Below, one piece after another: positions 52,320-64,000 of a stretch of DNA of 64,000 nucleotides; the first letter of the stretch is position 1; every line of letters begins with the position of its first letter. The DNA comes from Phoronis australis. Taxonomy: Eukaryota; Animalia; Phoronida. The notes under the pieces were generated by a model. That model was not told the DNA's origin. It saw only the letters and a program-made list of their open reading frames with translations, and did no database searches. The DNA lies in NCBI GenBank assembly GCA_002633005.1, contig NMRA01000657.1, positions 1 through 64,000 on the forward strand. Direction: 5' to 3'. The position numbers were made by a program, and so were the translations under genes.

Positions 52320-53503
52320 TGATGCCGTGGCCCGGATGGATGTCAACTGCCAAGATGCAAGAATGAACTTCTTCCGAAGGAGAGCCATCAAAGGGCAAAT
52401 CACACAGGCTGTGAAGGCCTATCATAACCTCATGGAACAAGATGAAGACACACCGGATGCAACACTACAACTCGCGAAATACATCGATGATCTGGAAAGA
52501 TCAAAACAGTAACCGAACTCTTCACCAACTACGCCCAATACGTCGACCCAGACCAACTAGATAATTATGCAGAAGACATGCAGTCTTACCTGGATGAAGT
52601 GGAAAATCAGCTTCGGAACATGAGATTCCACAGCAAGACGAATACATGTCGCAGCACACATACAAGTGAGTCAAATATCTGGAAAACAACTCCAACACCG
52701 ACCAAAGCCCTGCCCAAGACGACGATCAACCTCCCAAAACTGCATCTACCTGTATTCTATGGAGACCAACTGAAATGGTTGGAATTCTACCATTCATTTG
52801 AAGCTGTTATTCATAAAGATGCCACCCTTGCCCCCATCCAGAAACTTCAATATTTACGCGCTCAACTCTCTGGTGACGCCGCCAAAGTCATAGAAGCTCT
52901 GCCACTATCAAACGATTCCTATGAAGACGCCTTGAAACAACTGAATGACAGGTATTGTAACACTGAAGGTTTAGTAACTCATTACACTACAGCATTGCTG
53001 AACATCCTTCCCCCTCATCCGATGTGGCAAACTTACGTCAATTCCAAAACAGTGTTAACACGTGCCTACAAGGTTTGAGAATATAGGACAAGTCCCCGCC
53101 CAAGACCATGTGCTTGTGACCATCATACGCCAAAAGATAAAAAAGATTAAATCGTGACCATGTCGGAGAAAAATAGTCCGTCCAACAACTGATGAATGCC
53201 CTCGACAAGGAGATCAAGGCTAACCAAACTATAAATTTTACAGCTACTGATGAAAGTACATATTTTCATACAACTTCTTCCTTTTATACGGGGAATCGTC
53301 CAAGGCCAACTTATGGCTCAACTCCAAGTGGCAATAGACGCCTCCCTCAGCCGAGGTACACTCCACTGAAGTATTCCAACCCGAGGAACAACACCCACCA
53401 GAACCCACAACATAGACAGCCGCCTCAGCGTTCTCCCAGATGTATTTTTTGACCAAGGTCTCACTGCTAATCAGTGTACATCCGTGACCGATGTCAAAAA
53501 ACG
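52320..53503 (+). mobile_element. BEL/Pao LTR retrotransposon gag relic (DUF1759-like)
   Basis: NLPKLHLPVFYGDQLKWLEFYHSFEAVIH...KLQYLRAQLSGDAAKVIEALPLSNDSYEDALKQLNDRY, plus a broken zinc knuckle CIF..DQG.TANQCTSVTDVKKR; frameshifted. Confidence 0.85.
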
Positions 53504-54645
53504 AGTGTTGATTCCCGGCAGTGCCCCGTCGCCACCCCCGAGAAGTGGGTTTTTGAAGCGAGAAGCCTCGCGAGCTGTGGCCAGTACAGTGACTGGAGCC
53601 AGTGGAGGCACTTCATCTACTGTCACCCGTACCTCCGATCGTACCCTAGAGAGTGCCATTCCTGGAACCAGTAGTGATTCTCCCTGTGCTGTTTTCTCCA
53701 GCCCAGAGCCTTTAAGCAGCCTTGCAGCGATATTGAGTAGTGGGAGTGATTACAGGCCCAGTTCGACACCCAGTGAAGAGGACAGTTCGTCGTCCAGTGA
53801 ACAGATCGAGCCAAACTTTGCTAAGTTTATTGTTGACTTGTCTAAAGTGTTGGAGCTATTTAGAAGGTGCCAGGTGTGTGACGAGGGAATCACACGACAC
53901 GATGTAAGCAGTTCAGGTCACCATAAGGCCAGTGGGAGTGTGTCGCAGGACACTCTGGCAAGTTGGACAGTTGTTCCTCTGTCCGTGGTATGCCGGAGGT
54001 CCACTTAACCGTGTTCAGTAGTGGATTGGCCTCGTCGAACTCTGAACAGCCCAACATTCCATTGAGGTAGTCATAACAACGCACACAGTGCATTTGCACC
54101 AAGATGTGTCACCACGTCTGTCCTCAGTAGCCGCCTCGTTTCTCTCAACAGCTGCCTGTGCCTGTGCGTATTCTGCCTCGTTATACTAGGGCTCAAACAT
54201 GAACCCACCCACTGAATGTCCGTGAAAAAATTCCTCGTCACTACTGCTGTGAACAAGGTCTCCGTCGCTCACACTACTGTCACTGTGATACGGGTCACCG
54301 ACTCCAGCCATTTTCAGCTTACAACACACTAAACAATCCCTAAATCCAACGTAGTTGAGTTCTCTACTAACCTATCTTGCCGCAGAATACTCGCCGATGG
54401 AAAGTGGTGGCGACAATTGTTGAAAACAGCACAAAACAAAAGTAGAATAAAACAGATTCGCACGGTAAACTCAACGCAAAACCAAGAGGCGGGAAACGCT
54501 TGCCTCCTAAAACGTCACTTCCGGAATAAGAGGACGAGTAATTAATAAAATTGCGAAAAGCTGTAATTAAGTGGAAAATATGTCTAGGATAACCAACCAA
54601 CCTTATTTTAGCTCAAAATGACATGAAAAAGGGTTGCCTTCGCCT
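53504..54645. mobile_element. Kolobok-like DNA transposon relic: transposase fragment (+) and convergent KolX/P2X7-tail-like fragment (-)
   Basis: Plus strand: VLIPGSAPS..RSGFLKRE..DYRPS..KFIVDLSKVLELFRRCQVC. Minus strand from ATG 54311: MAGVGD..GGFMFEP*..DRRGDTSWCKCTVCVVMTTSMEC. The end is ...CGCCT|TTAA at 54645. Confidence 0.7.
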
Positions 54646-56603
54646 TTAATAAACCTTGTGTGTCAGTAGAAACTCAACCACTGTGTTAGTTTTTATTCTG
54701 CTCTCCATCGACTCGCTGTTGCTACCTTGTTTGCCAAGTATATACCATTCAACCAAGAACCGCCTAACAAAGTTGCAAGAGACCACCGCTACAGGTACAT
54801 GTATCTTACTTTTCCTTGTCTAATATTTTCGCAATATGTCTGGAAAGTGACTGAATTTTACTTAATTATTGTTACCGTGTATGTTTGTTGTACTTTTAAA
54901 TTGTTATCTCCCTGTTAAACACTCTAAGCCCAGTGGAAAAGGCGTGTTTGTTATTCAACAGTTCCGGAATGAAACTCAGTTACGACTTAACGGCAAATCT
55001 GAACTGGCGTTCATTATAAGTGAGGATTTATATGAACTTCGTGCCTACGGATTTCGTTCGGATTAACTTGTAGGCACTGACCGTTTCATTAATTTTGTTT
55101 TCACCATCTAAAAAGGGTTAAAAATGTGCGCTACTTTGTCTTTAAGTTTTATTCTAAAATACTTTGTGACTTTCATTTCAGGAATAATGACAGAAAGGTA
55201 AGAGTTTTACTAAAAATGAACAGTTCGCCATTAACTTTAAACACACATGACTCAGTATTATCACATTTTTATAAATGAAACCTTTACAAGACAAAAATAT
55301 AATGGTGTGGTATGACATTACCATAAGCAACGACTTATGTGTTATGTTCGTGGTTTTCATTAAACTTGCATAGTCTAAAACATAACCTTATATGGCACTG
55401 GTAGCTAGAATCATAGATTGTGTAAGTTGTGCAAAACAATTCTCTGAAATCTGATTATGACTCATGAGCATATGATCTTTAGTTCTGACAAACAAGTTTT
55501 CAGTTGAGAGTTAGACAGCACAGTGAATAGATGTATCTTGTAGATCTCTAGAATAAACCCACGTAAAACCGTAACACAGAGTTGTGTTTGAAAGAGGTTT
55601 TCATACATTATGTACACACAAAGAATTGCAAGGGTTATCAAAAAACGGGATAGAAACATATTTTGAGGTGCACTTCAAGAGTGTTTTCGACCAAAAATTC
55701 ACAATCCAAGCTTAATTAAACTTCAAACAGCACTGCTCTAGTGTTAAGATATTTGTAAGAAGGAAACCTACCCTGTGACATTAGTACAAGAAAAAAATCG
55801 TGAACTCCCAAAAAAACCTTCAAAGGGTAAGAAACACGAATTAGAAACGTGATTTTCCGTAGACTTGAAGATGTTTTGTGGATCTCAGTTGCAAAGTTGC
55901 GTGTGAGATACATCTTACAGGCGCAAATTGCATGAATCTTTACACCATTGTGGTCTGTCTTAATTCCCAAGTTTTAAGAAATGAGCACACTTTGGTCCTA
56001 GGAGAGATCCTAATTTCTGTTTTTCCCAATGCTGAGCATGCAGGGATTACATGTATTTTGCTTAATGGAAAAAATGTCAGTGAGGATACAAGGAGATCAT
56101 CGGTGGCGGGAGTTGATAGTAAAAAACGGGCGACAAAGCAATGACTACCAAAAAAAAACATGTATCTTTCAGATCGACAGGACACACCATCAAACCAATG
56201 CTGTTTTTCAAAACACCTTTGCTAAAATTACTCACCAAATTGTTAGCGCATGATCTTAAGAAATGCCAGCTTCGAGTTAATAAAAACGATAACTCTTCGA
56301 TTTCATAGGATTAGGTGACGGTTTGTTTTCAATAATGTCGTGCAGTTTCTAGTTACGAAAACACAAATGAAAGAATCAACTAATGCCTGATTACTACAGG
56401 AAATTCTGCTCAAGCCACCAGGAAGTGCAGATGGAGACATTCGTGAGATCCTGGTACACCAGCGTAATACCGACGTTCAGTTAGTGACGTACATTGTACA
56501 TGCAGACCGACACTGACAGAAGAGTCTACCACTGAGATGACGTATTAAGCAATAATACATTACTCATAATGAACGACAAATTAATCAATTCTAAGTAACC
56601 TAC

Positions 56604-56744
56604 TTTCTTCGCCACCACCGCCGCCGCCATCACAGAGGTCGCAGGTTTTGGTACAATTCTCCGCCATGTATTCTTTGTATTGTTCATCTGTACAGTAGCC
56701 TTTTGCAGCCAAATCCTCACAGTCTGTGCTGCTGTCTGTGCAAT
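56604..56744 (-). CDS. ShKT exon 2: CTDSSTDCEDLAAKGYCTDEQYKEYMAENCTKTCDLCDGGGGGGEE
   Basis: atgcag| ... |gtaggt, 141 nt. Confidence 0.88.
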
Positions 56745-57385
56745 CTGCATAATAGAAAGAAATTGATTGAACAATTTCCTGACGATAATTCACTAATAAA
56801 GCTAGTGTAATATACACTGCCAGTAATTCGCTAAAAGCGTAGGTCAGTCTTGCCCTTTAGCAGATTTTGAAAGTAGTTTTCAAATATTCCTCCAAACTTC
56901 TGAGGGTTTCCGAGGGTAACAGAACATTTTTTGTTTCAGAGAACTGGACAGGAAAGCCGAATAGGCCAAAACCGGGTTTTGTAATCATTTTAAAATTACC
57001 GATCTAATATTAAGATACATGAAAAAGGTAAACCAAAGCCAGACACAAACCCAATACTACATCATGACAATAAGGTAAGCACCAACTGATGAATCCACAT
57101 AGAATCCATAAAGGTTACCATGACGACAGGTCTAGAAATGTACTTATAGTAGATTTGCCGACTTTTGTGGATACCAAGCGCAAATCAGACTGTAAAAAAT
57201 CTCACTGTCTCCATGCTGCAATGGTATGCGTGTCTAGCAATAACTTTACGGCGGCGACACACCATAAGCTGCATACTATAGCGGATTTGCAGGGACGCCA
57301 TATTGAAATTAGGTTAAAATGGTGCAATGTGGATGCTGTGGTCAGGATTCCGAAAGCGGCCACATTAACAAGCATAATACGCGGT

Positions 57386-58120
57386 ATGTGCGCGAAGAAA
57401 ACTTACGGCGGATACACTTGTTGTGTTCCTGGCTGCTTCAAAAACAACAAGAGAGATAAATATCTGAGCTTTTATGTGTTCCCTGCAAACCAAGAACTTC
57501 GTGAACAATGCATAAACAACATTAGGAGAGCTGGGAGTAAGGGGCGCATTCAAACCAACGCGGGGCCATCTAGTAGGCAACATTAGCCCCTCGGTTGGCC
57601 ATATAAGGGATACAATACTTCCATTCGCTTTCTGTACTCATTTCGTTACTTCAGTGTATTTTAAACGGGCCGTGGCCGGATTTGGGTTACCGATTTCGAG
57701 TTTTCACCTCGTCAAAAATACATTCTACACTTAAAACTATCATTTAAAAAAACGCTTACTTTCATCATTGGTCCTTTCTACTTCTATACATACCTTGATG
57801 AAGCTTAGTTGTAAGAATTAAGTTGACTTTGGCGAAGAATTACAACTCCTTTTTTTTGTTGCCGTTAATTTTATCACAGCGTGCGCGATAACCACAAAGC
57901 ATGTCAACTGAATCACGTGAGTTAAGCAAAGGTTAGCGCGAGACTGAGCGAAGCGCGTGACGCTAGCGCGTGACACTTGTATAATAGCATGAGAAGGTAT
58001 CGTGAGGATGTGCTATCGCGATGTAATTGCCTAAGGGCCATCCGTGTGTGCAGCGAACATTTTCCTGGTGGAAAAAAGAAGTATGAGAACAACATTCCAA
58101 CTGAGTTTCCTCTTAAAATT
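57386..58120 (+). pseudogene. THAP-domain transposon relic split by a 464-bp insertion (57571-58034)
   Basis: MCAKKTYGGYTCCVPGCFKNNKRDKYLSFYVFPANQELREQ...RAGSKGR resumes as RVCSEHFPGGKKKYENNIPTEFP. GGGCCATC is repeated at 57563-57570 and 58035-58042. Confidence 0.75.
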
Positions 58121-59754
58121 AACGTCTCTAGCATATCCACGGCGAAAGCTACAAAAGTTAAGCAACCCAGGAACTCTCAACTTGTCTGAAACCGGAGGAA
58201 ATTTCGAAATCAACGCCAATAGCCCCAATACTGAACATGACGGCAATCGTGCCCTCGGTCACGCGGTCACTGATAATAGATACGCTGTGTTTACAAACGA
58301 GAAAAATGAAACATGGTTTTTAGTTTGCAAATCACTCCAAATGCACACACTATCTAGCCTCCTCAAAACATGCCTGACCACAAGCTATCCCATGAGCCTT
58401 CGCGCAGGAAGTAACTCGCACATGCGCAATGCGTAGTTCGTTTGCGTTGCAAATCCGCTTAAATGGCAGGTCGTAGTGTGCACCTGGTCGACGGAGTGAC
58501 GGGCGCTGTAAGTGTGCCGCATTTACGAAAGACGACAAGAAAACGAAACCTAAAGAAAATCAGAGCACTTAAACTTTTGTCGCGCTTGTCGGCATCACTT
58601 GTTCATTAATCTTATATTTTTTCACCGTTTATCTTTAAGTGTTAGCGACTCTTTGTTTGGTGACATTTTCTAATCACATATCTGAAGAGATAATGATTAG
58701 GTAATTTAGATAGAAATAAAGTTTAGGTCATTAAATTGGATGCGTTCCATGAAACAATCTTTGTTAATTTTCAACTATGCAAAAATACCTTGTAATTTAC
58801 TCAAAGCTATTATATCAGGAATTTGAAGTACAAACTACAGAGGAAAAAACTCGGGCGATTGGACGAAGACCACAAGTGTGCTGAATATTTCGGAACTTAG
58901 GTAAGACTATTGGTTGTAGCCAAGAGCTAAATCAATTACATGTATTACAGCGTCAAGCGATCAAGCAGGCACTTTTGCAGTGATCAATGATTGAGAATGG
59001 AACAATTTTAGCCCCAAAATTTCGGATCTCGTCGCCTCTCTTCACAGCAATTTCTCATCTACGACACATGAAACTTCCCCCACTCGAGGTCACGGTTTCA
59101 TTGAACATGTTTTAAGAAGGGGGGCACGTGTTGCTCCGACGTGCACCCCTTATTTCTTTGTTGACGCAAACTGCACAAACAGCTTATAGTCGCCTTAATA
59201 TATACACCGGCGCTGAGGGTACTAATACGTAACTGGTGGCATGAAACGACACCGGTAAGCCGATTACTGCCAGAAACATATCTTTCCGGTCAAGACGAAT
59301 ATAGTCAAATAAATACTGTTCAGCGACCAGAATTCGAGAGCCATTTACCACAAAACTGCTAGCGAATTGTCCGGAAAAATCCTAAAGTAGGAATATAAAT
59401 CAATGCTTCATACAAGGTACTTATCGGTGACGGAAAAACATCTAAGTTACGGGTGATTAACACATAGAAAATCTGAATGAAACATCTAAGAATTTCACAA
59501 TGTGTGCATGTACACGAATTAAACGGGGATATGCATTGATGAGATACTGCTGCAGGAGCGCAGAAAGCGTTTTCACTGGGTGACGTAAAGAGAGCGTGGA
59601 GACCAATACTGGATCTGAACAGTGATTTAGGGTTCAAACACAAAGGCAATGTTGGTAATATTGAAATAGAACTATCCATCCCAGAGCTGACACGTTATGT
59701 GACTTTTTATTACTAAATTTAAACAAAACTAAGAATCAATTCTAAGTAACCCAC

Positions 59755-59886
59755 TTTCATCGCCTCCGTCTTCACATAGATTGCAGGACTTGGTACAGTT
59801 CTCCGCCATGTACTCCTTGTACGGTTCACTTGTACAGTATCCTTCTGCTGCCCATTTTTCACATACTGGGCTGTTGTCCGTGCAGT
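59755..59886 (-). CDS. ShKT exon 1 (first seen): CTDNSPVCEKWAAEGYCTSEPYKEYMAENCTKSCNLCEDGGDE
   Basis: acgcag| ... |gtgggt, 132 nt. Confidence 0.88.
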
Positions 59887-60214
59887 CTGCGTATGAAAAA
59901 AAGGTTTACTGAAAAATGCTAACGATGCCCTTTTCAAGGTTTTAGTCCGTGTGTAATACCTTTATCAAATCTAAAGAAGTACTTGGAAATAGCAGAGGAA
60001 TTTTTGTATTTTAAACACAAGGAATGATTTTGTGGTTCCTGAACACGTGATGTCATCAGTGGAAGACGTATGACAGTATAGATGCAAAAGCAGACAGTAG
60101 TGATTTTTTAAGTTACAGAAAGTTAATGAGCAAGGTTCGCGAGTATTATGAAGACAGGTGTTGAGATGGGGGCAAAGACGACACTTAAATGAAACAGGTA
60201 GAGTTAGACCTCGT

Positions 60215-61020
60215 CATGTTAGCAGATTTCGCGTGTTTGAGGCCGTACGAACTCGACCCTCCCACACTGGCGTCTTCCGCGAGTGAAGTGTTCAGACCGG
60301 TAAGAAAAGCCTTTCTAGTGAATCTCGACTTAATTTTAGATTAAGATAAGTGTCGAGTAGTATGTGTCTCGAACTGTTAGTCCAACTGAATTTATTATAC
60401 CCTGACTGTTAAACTCCAGTCGTGAACTGCTGACACTGATTTCATTTCTTCGAATATGGATGTTGACTGTATTTTATTTCTTGTAAGTGCCAATTCGTTT
60501 ATGTCTTGCCTGTTCCAAAATTATGAAAGGTTTGTACCATTGATATTCTTCTATTACTTCGGTCCAGTGTCCGACTCCAGGGTCTGTTGCAGCTCCGTCG
60601 TGACCTCAATCTTTTGCGTGACATATACAATCTCATTTTTGCTATTGGGCATTGACAAACATGTTGACAGCAGCAAATCATTTCCACAAAATCTCGAACA
60701 AGAACTTACTGCAATCACGTTCACTTTTATAGTCACAATTTGATGCTAAGGCTTGTGCTCCAGATGTGCCTGACAACTACGTTCCCATCAATGGCATAAC
60801 ACAATACACTTTTCCTTCTTAAAATGCATTTACACGTTGGAGAAACCTTCATCAGATCTATGTTTCTGGGCACAGCTAGCTTCTATCGTGTACTGCCATT
60901 CCCGTGTCTCACGCACGAACCTGCGCCATTTCTGGGAGATCTCAGGTTTTTGGAATCGCACAAATTGTAATTGTCGGCTGATTGCCATTACTGCATCATC
61001 CGCACATTCAACTTTTCATA
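60215..61020. mobile_element. Old Kolobok-like relic: degenerate THAP (-, ~60830-61020) facing a KolX-like start (+, ~60216-60300)
   Basis: Minus strand across frameshifts: MKS*MCG*CSN...IPK.PEISQKWRRFVRETREW...LCPE.H. Plus strand: MLADFACLRPYELDPP...|gtaag. Confidence 0.4.
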
Positions 61021-62074
61021 TTATTTCGGCTCGCGGATGGTGCAGAACAACACAGTGGCAGAGACTGGATATTCTGATGACGTGAAACAATCTTTGCGTT
61101 TATTACTTGATTAAATGTACACAGATTGAAGGAGAAATTCCTAAAATATTTTATTAAACTTATTGGTAATCGAAATCAAGCATTTATGACCATGGTGTGA
61201 ACTGCTTAACCACTAAGGCGATCGCATCGTGCATTCAATTTCTTGCCAAAAATCCTAACAATAATTTTCATTTTGGGATGTGCTGAGAAGTTAGGTGCAG
61301 TTTATTGAATTCTACATTTCACACTTAATTGACTTCAAATATTACTAATCCAGATTTCTTGTAAAAAATTATCATAAACGGGATAAAGACGCAATATTAC
61401 TCTGTGATATTGTCATAACCAATGTCTTCTGGAAACACGTAATACTCGTAAGGTTAATCTGGCAGCAGGAGCAAGAAACGCTTTTTGTAGAAGACTTGCA
61501 GATGCTTGATGGTTCAAAATCCTAAGTACATGTGTTAGTGTAAGATACGTGATTCAGGCACCTACAATATACTCCTACTGGAGAATCAGTGTCGCAGGCG
61601 CGTGGGTGCTCACTGAGCCTCTTCGACATTCACAAAAAATGACAAGAAAATGAATCCTATAGAAACTCTTAGCGATGTCAATATCACCGTGTAGTTTCAT
61701 TCTCGGCATTCACTTTGACGATAAAAATTGGCAAAAATGAATTTCAAATTAGGGAAGGAAAGATGCATGTCAACAAGTGTGCTGAACGCTTACGGAACAT
61801 GATTAAAGACAGCATCCAGCGTCTAAAACACCTTTTTGACATCAGAAATGTATATTGTTTCTCCTTCTTACGTACCACAGAAAGTAAGTAATTGCGCGGC
61901 AAATTACACCGCTCATAATTCGTAGCCCTTTCGAAGGCCCCAGAAAAAAATCTCAACAAATCAGGGTAAAGTGGTTCAGATGACATCACCGTGCCCTCGA
62001 AATTACTCGGAAGCCAAACTGCGTAACAGCTGAGTGCCAATGGATGTTCTGTACTTGTCGACTGCTGGGCTTAA

Positions 62075-62945
62075 ATGCCACGTTGCGTGTTGTACGTGTG
62101 TACCATTGTCAGCGGTAATGGCATACATTTGCACAACTTCTCCACCGATCCCGCCGTGTACCATGCGTGGAGATGATTCGTATCCACAAGGACTTCGACA
62201 AAATTCCCGATCAGCAAGATCTGTGCTAGAGTAAGTACAAAGATGTACACAAAATCTACAGCGTGGCACCGATGTAGGTAGAAATGACTGAAAAAATGAC
62301 ACAAAAGTAGTGTCATTAAAAGCTACCCGTTCTTCTTTGAGTAAACCAAATTTGTTTTAACGAATGTGGCATAAACTTCGATTGGTGCAAGCGCCATCTC
62401 AATTTTTTGTTTGGCGCTAAATGGGGCTACTGTATTATAAAAGGCATACTTGATAAAGGACTGGGATATGCTATGACACCATATGTTGGTACTTTTCATG
62501 AAGATACGTATTTTAGATATAAAAATAGTCATTTTGGCACGATATTAGGCCTTTAAGACCTCATGCAGACTATATTATGCACGCGCATTTGTAGCCTAGA
62601 GTTTATCAGCTGATTAAGCTACCAAGGTCTCAGAGATCAATGCTTGATTACAAAATAGCAAATGTCTGACCCGTGATGCCCAAAGGTTTTACATTCCTTC
62701 GTCAATATGTCACTAATCCTGCACCCAGTCACAGCCTCGCGGTTTCATTATTTGTATGAATTTTATGAGGTGGGCACGGGTGCTACGAGGTGAACTCCTA
62801 CTTTCTGACTCCCCGTGTGCTGTGCGTGTGGATCACTTCCTTACTCTAGTCTGAAGACGTTGCAATGCCTCCTCCACACGGTCGTCATCGAGATTCATGT
62901 CGTTACGATACGTTTCAGTCATAAACCTTGCACTTCCTCTAACGT
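62075..62945. mobile_element. Old THAP/Kolobok-like relic: THAP (+, 62075-62230), possible KolX-like fragment (-, ~62845-62945)
   Basis: Plus strand: MPRCVLYVCTIVSGNGIHLHNFSTDPAVYHAWR*FVST...KICAR|gtaagt. Minus strand: EEVQG.MTETY...EEALQRLQTR|gtaagg (weak). Confidence 0.45.
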
Positions 62946-64000
62946 TTGGCCCCCGGAGCTTATCAGACTCCGTTTTGACGGTTGGTCTAATGCTGAAACA
63001 CCATCTGCGGCCACAACGACGATGAAGGGACCTCAGCGGCCGTCGGCACGCTTCTCAACAACACATGAGATATCCAGAAATGCCGAGAGCCTTACATATC
63101 TCTCTGATCTTTGTAATGAGAAAAGAAAACAGGCACACCTAGTCTAGACACGGAAGCAAAACACTAGATAGAACAGTGCTGCATTCGGCCATTGCACTTC
63201 AGTAGCTTCAGTTTTCAGACCTTCATCACCCTCGACTCCCATGAGACAGTGAGCATAACTTACACCGATTACTGAGCGGAATTGCACAATATGACGACAT
63301 CTGGACTTAGGGTTGTAAACACTATTAGTTGCAGAGCTGCGCCTGTGTATTGTTGTCAACGCTCATGCACCATTTCCGTATCAGTGGAAATTACTCGCGT
63401 CTTCTCCTAACTGCTTGGAATGTCCTTGGAAACCTTTTTGTGTTGGTGCCTCACCAAATCAATTACAATTTAAACATATTTCAAAACCTTACCAATTCTT
63501 CAAGTATATTTTCTTTCGTAATTTATACACTTTAATTTGACAGCACGTGTTGAAGAGTTCCAACACTTCCACATCCCTTCCACCAATAGCCCCCTTCTCG
63601 TTTTCGCAATTGACTTCGTAGTACAAGGAAAATGATAACGCTGTACCGAAATAAAATCTGTTGACGAAAATTTCCTTTTGGCAATCACGGCTTTCTGATG
63701 TTATCCAAGACCCTAATACCAAAAGCAAGGGCGTTCATTCTCGTTCATTTTCGTCCCAAACCTCTGCTAAAACCAAGATCCCCTTACCTTTTACAGAAGC
63801 TGACGAGGCCTTTTAAAGGGGATTGTGCCCCATTCGTGTCGACCTCTGACTATACTCCATATGTAGTTTACAGCTACATGAAGCTTAATCCATAAAGCAG
63901 CAATAAATTGATAATCACGTTTAGAAGGTGATCATACAAAACTTTTCCGATAAATCAATGTCTACCAAAATGTATCTTTTCGGTCAAGATGGATTGTCAA

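Larger units (their letters stand above)
21556..59886 (-). other. Multi-exon gene (3' part) encoding a concatemer of at least 21 ShKT domains; 5' end outside the window or unrecognised
   Basis: There are 21 intact exons with AG/GT boundaries, all phase 1-1 and of length divisible by 3. Each encodes C-x6-C-x8-C-x11/12-C-x3-C-x2-C. They total 2805 nt of open frame, and the introns are homologous to one another. Confidence 0.85.

Noticed and set aside
60710-60769. Possible 60-nt phase 1-1 exon (TSGAQALASNCDYKSERDC|gtaagt)
   Set aside because: The acceptor has almost no pyrimidine tract and the segment lies within a transposon relic; it cannot be supported without RNA data.
62003-62302. Minus-strand ORF as an upstream exon of the ShKT gene
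   Set aside because: Its possible donor is phase 2, and the plus strand is better explained as a degenerate THAP domain.

Overview
This is eukaryotic, intron-rich, AT-rich DNA from an invertebrate-type animal genome; the taxon cannot be determined from the sequence alone. The main feature is the 3' part of one large minus-strand gene (about 21.6-59.9 kb; its 5' end is not seen). It is built from 21 intact phase-1/phase-1 exons that each encode one six-cysteine ShKT (ShK toxin-like) domain, 935 codons in total, plus 5 decayed ShKT exon copies. The first 15 domains are acidic and joined by Gly linkers; 10 of them lie in a recent higher-order tandem array with a period of about 2.35 kb. The last 6 are divergent and basic, and the final two are very Arg-rich. 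The stop codon appears to come from a dead ShKT exon that has become 3' UTR. The rest of the window is transposon debris: Gypsy and BEL LTR relics, Academ-like, Sola3-like and Kolobok-like DNA elements, THAP relics, a tyrosine-recombinase relic, a LINE tail and MITEs, plus microsatellites and two assembly gaps. All family assignments come from motif recognition by eye, not from database searches.
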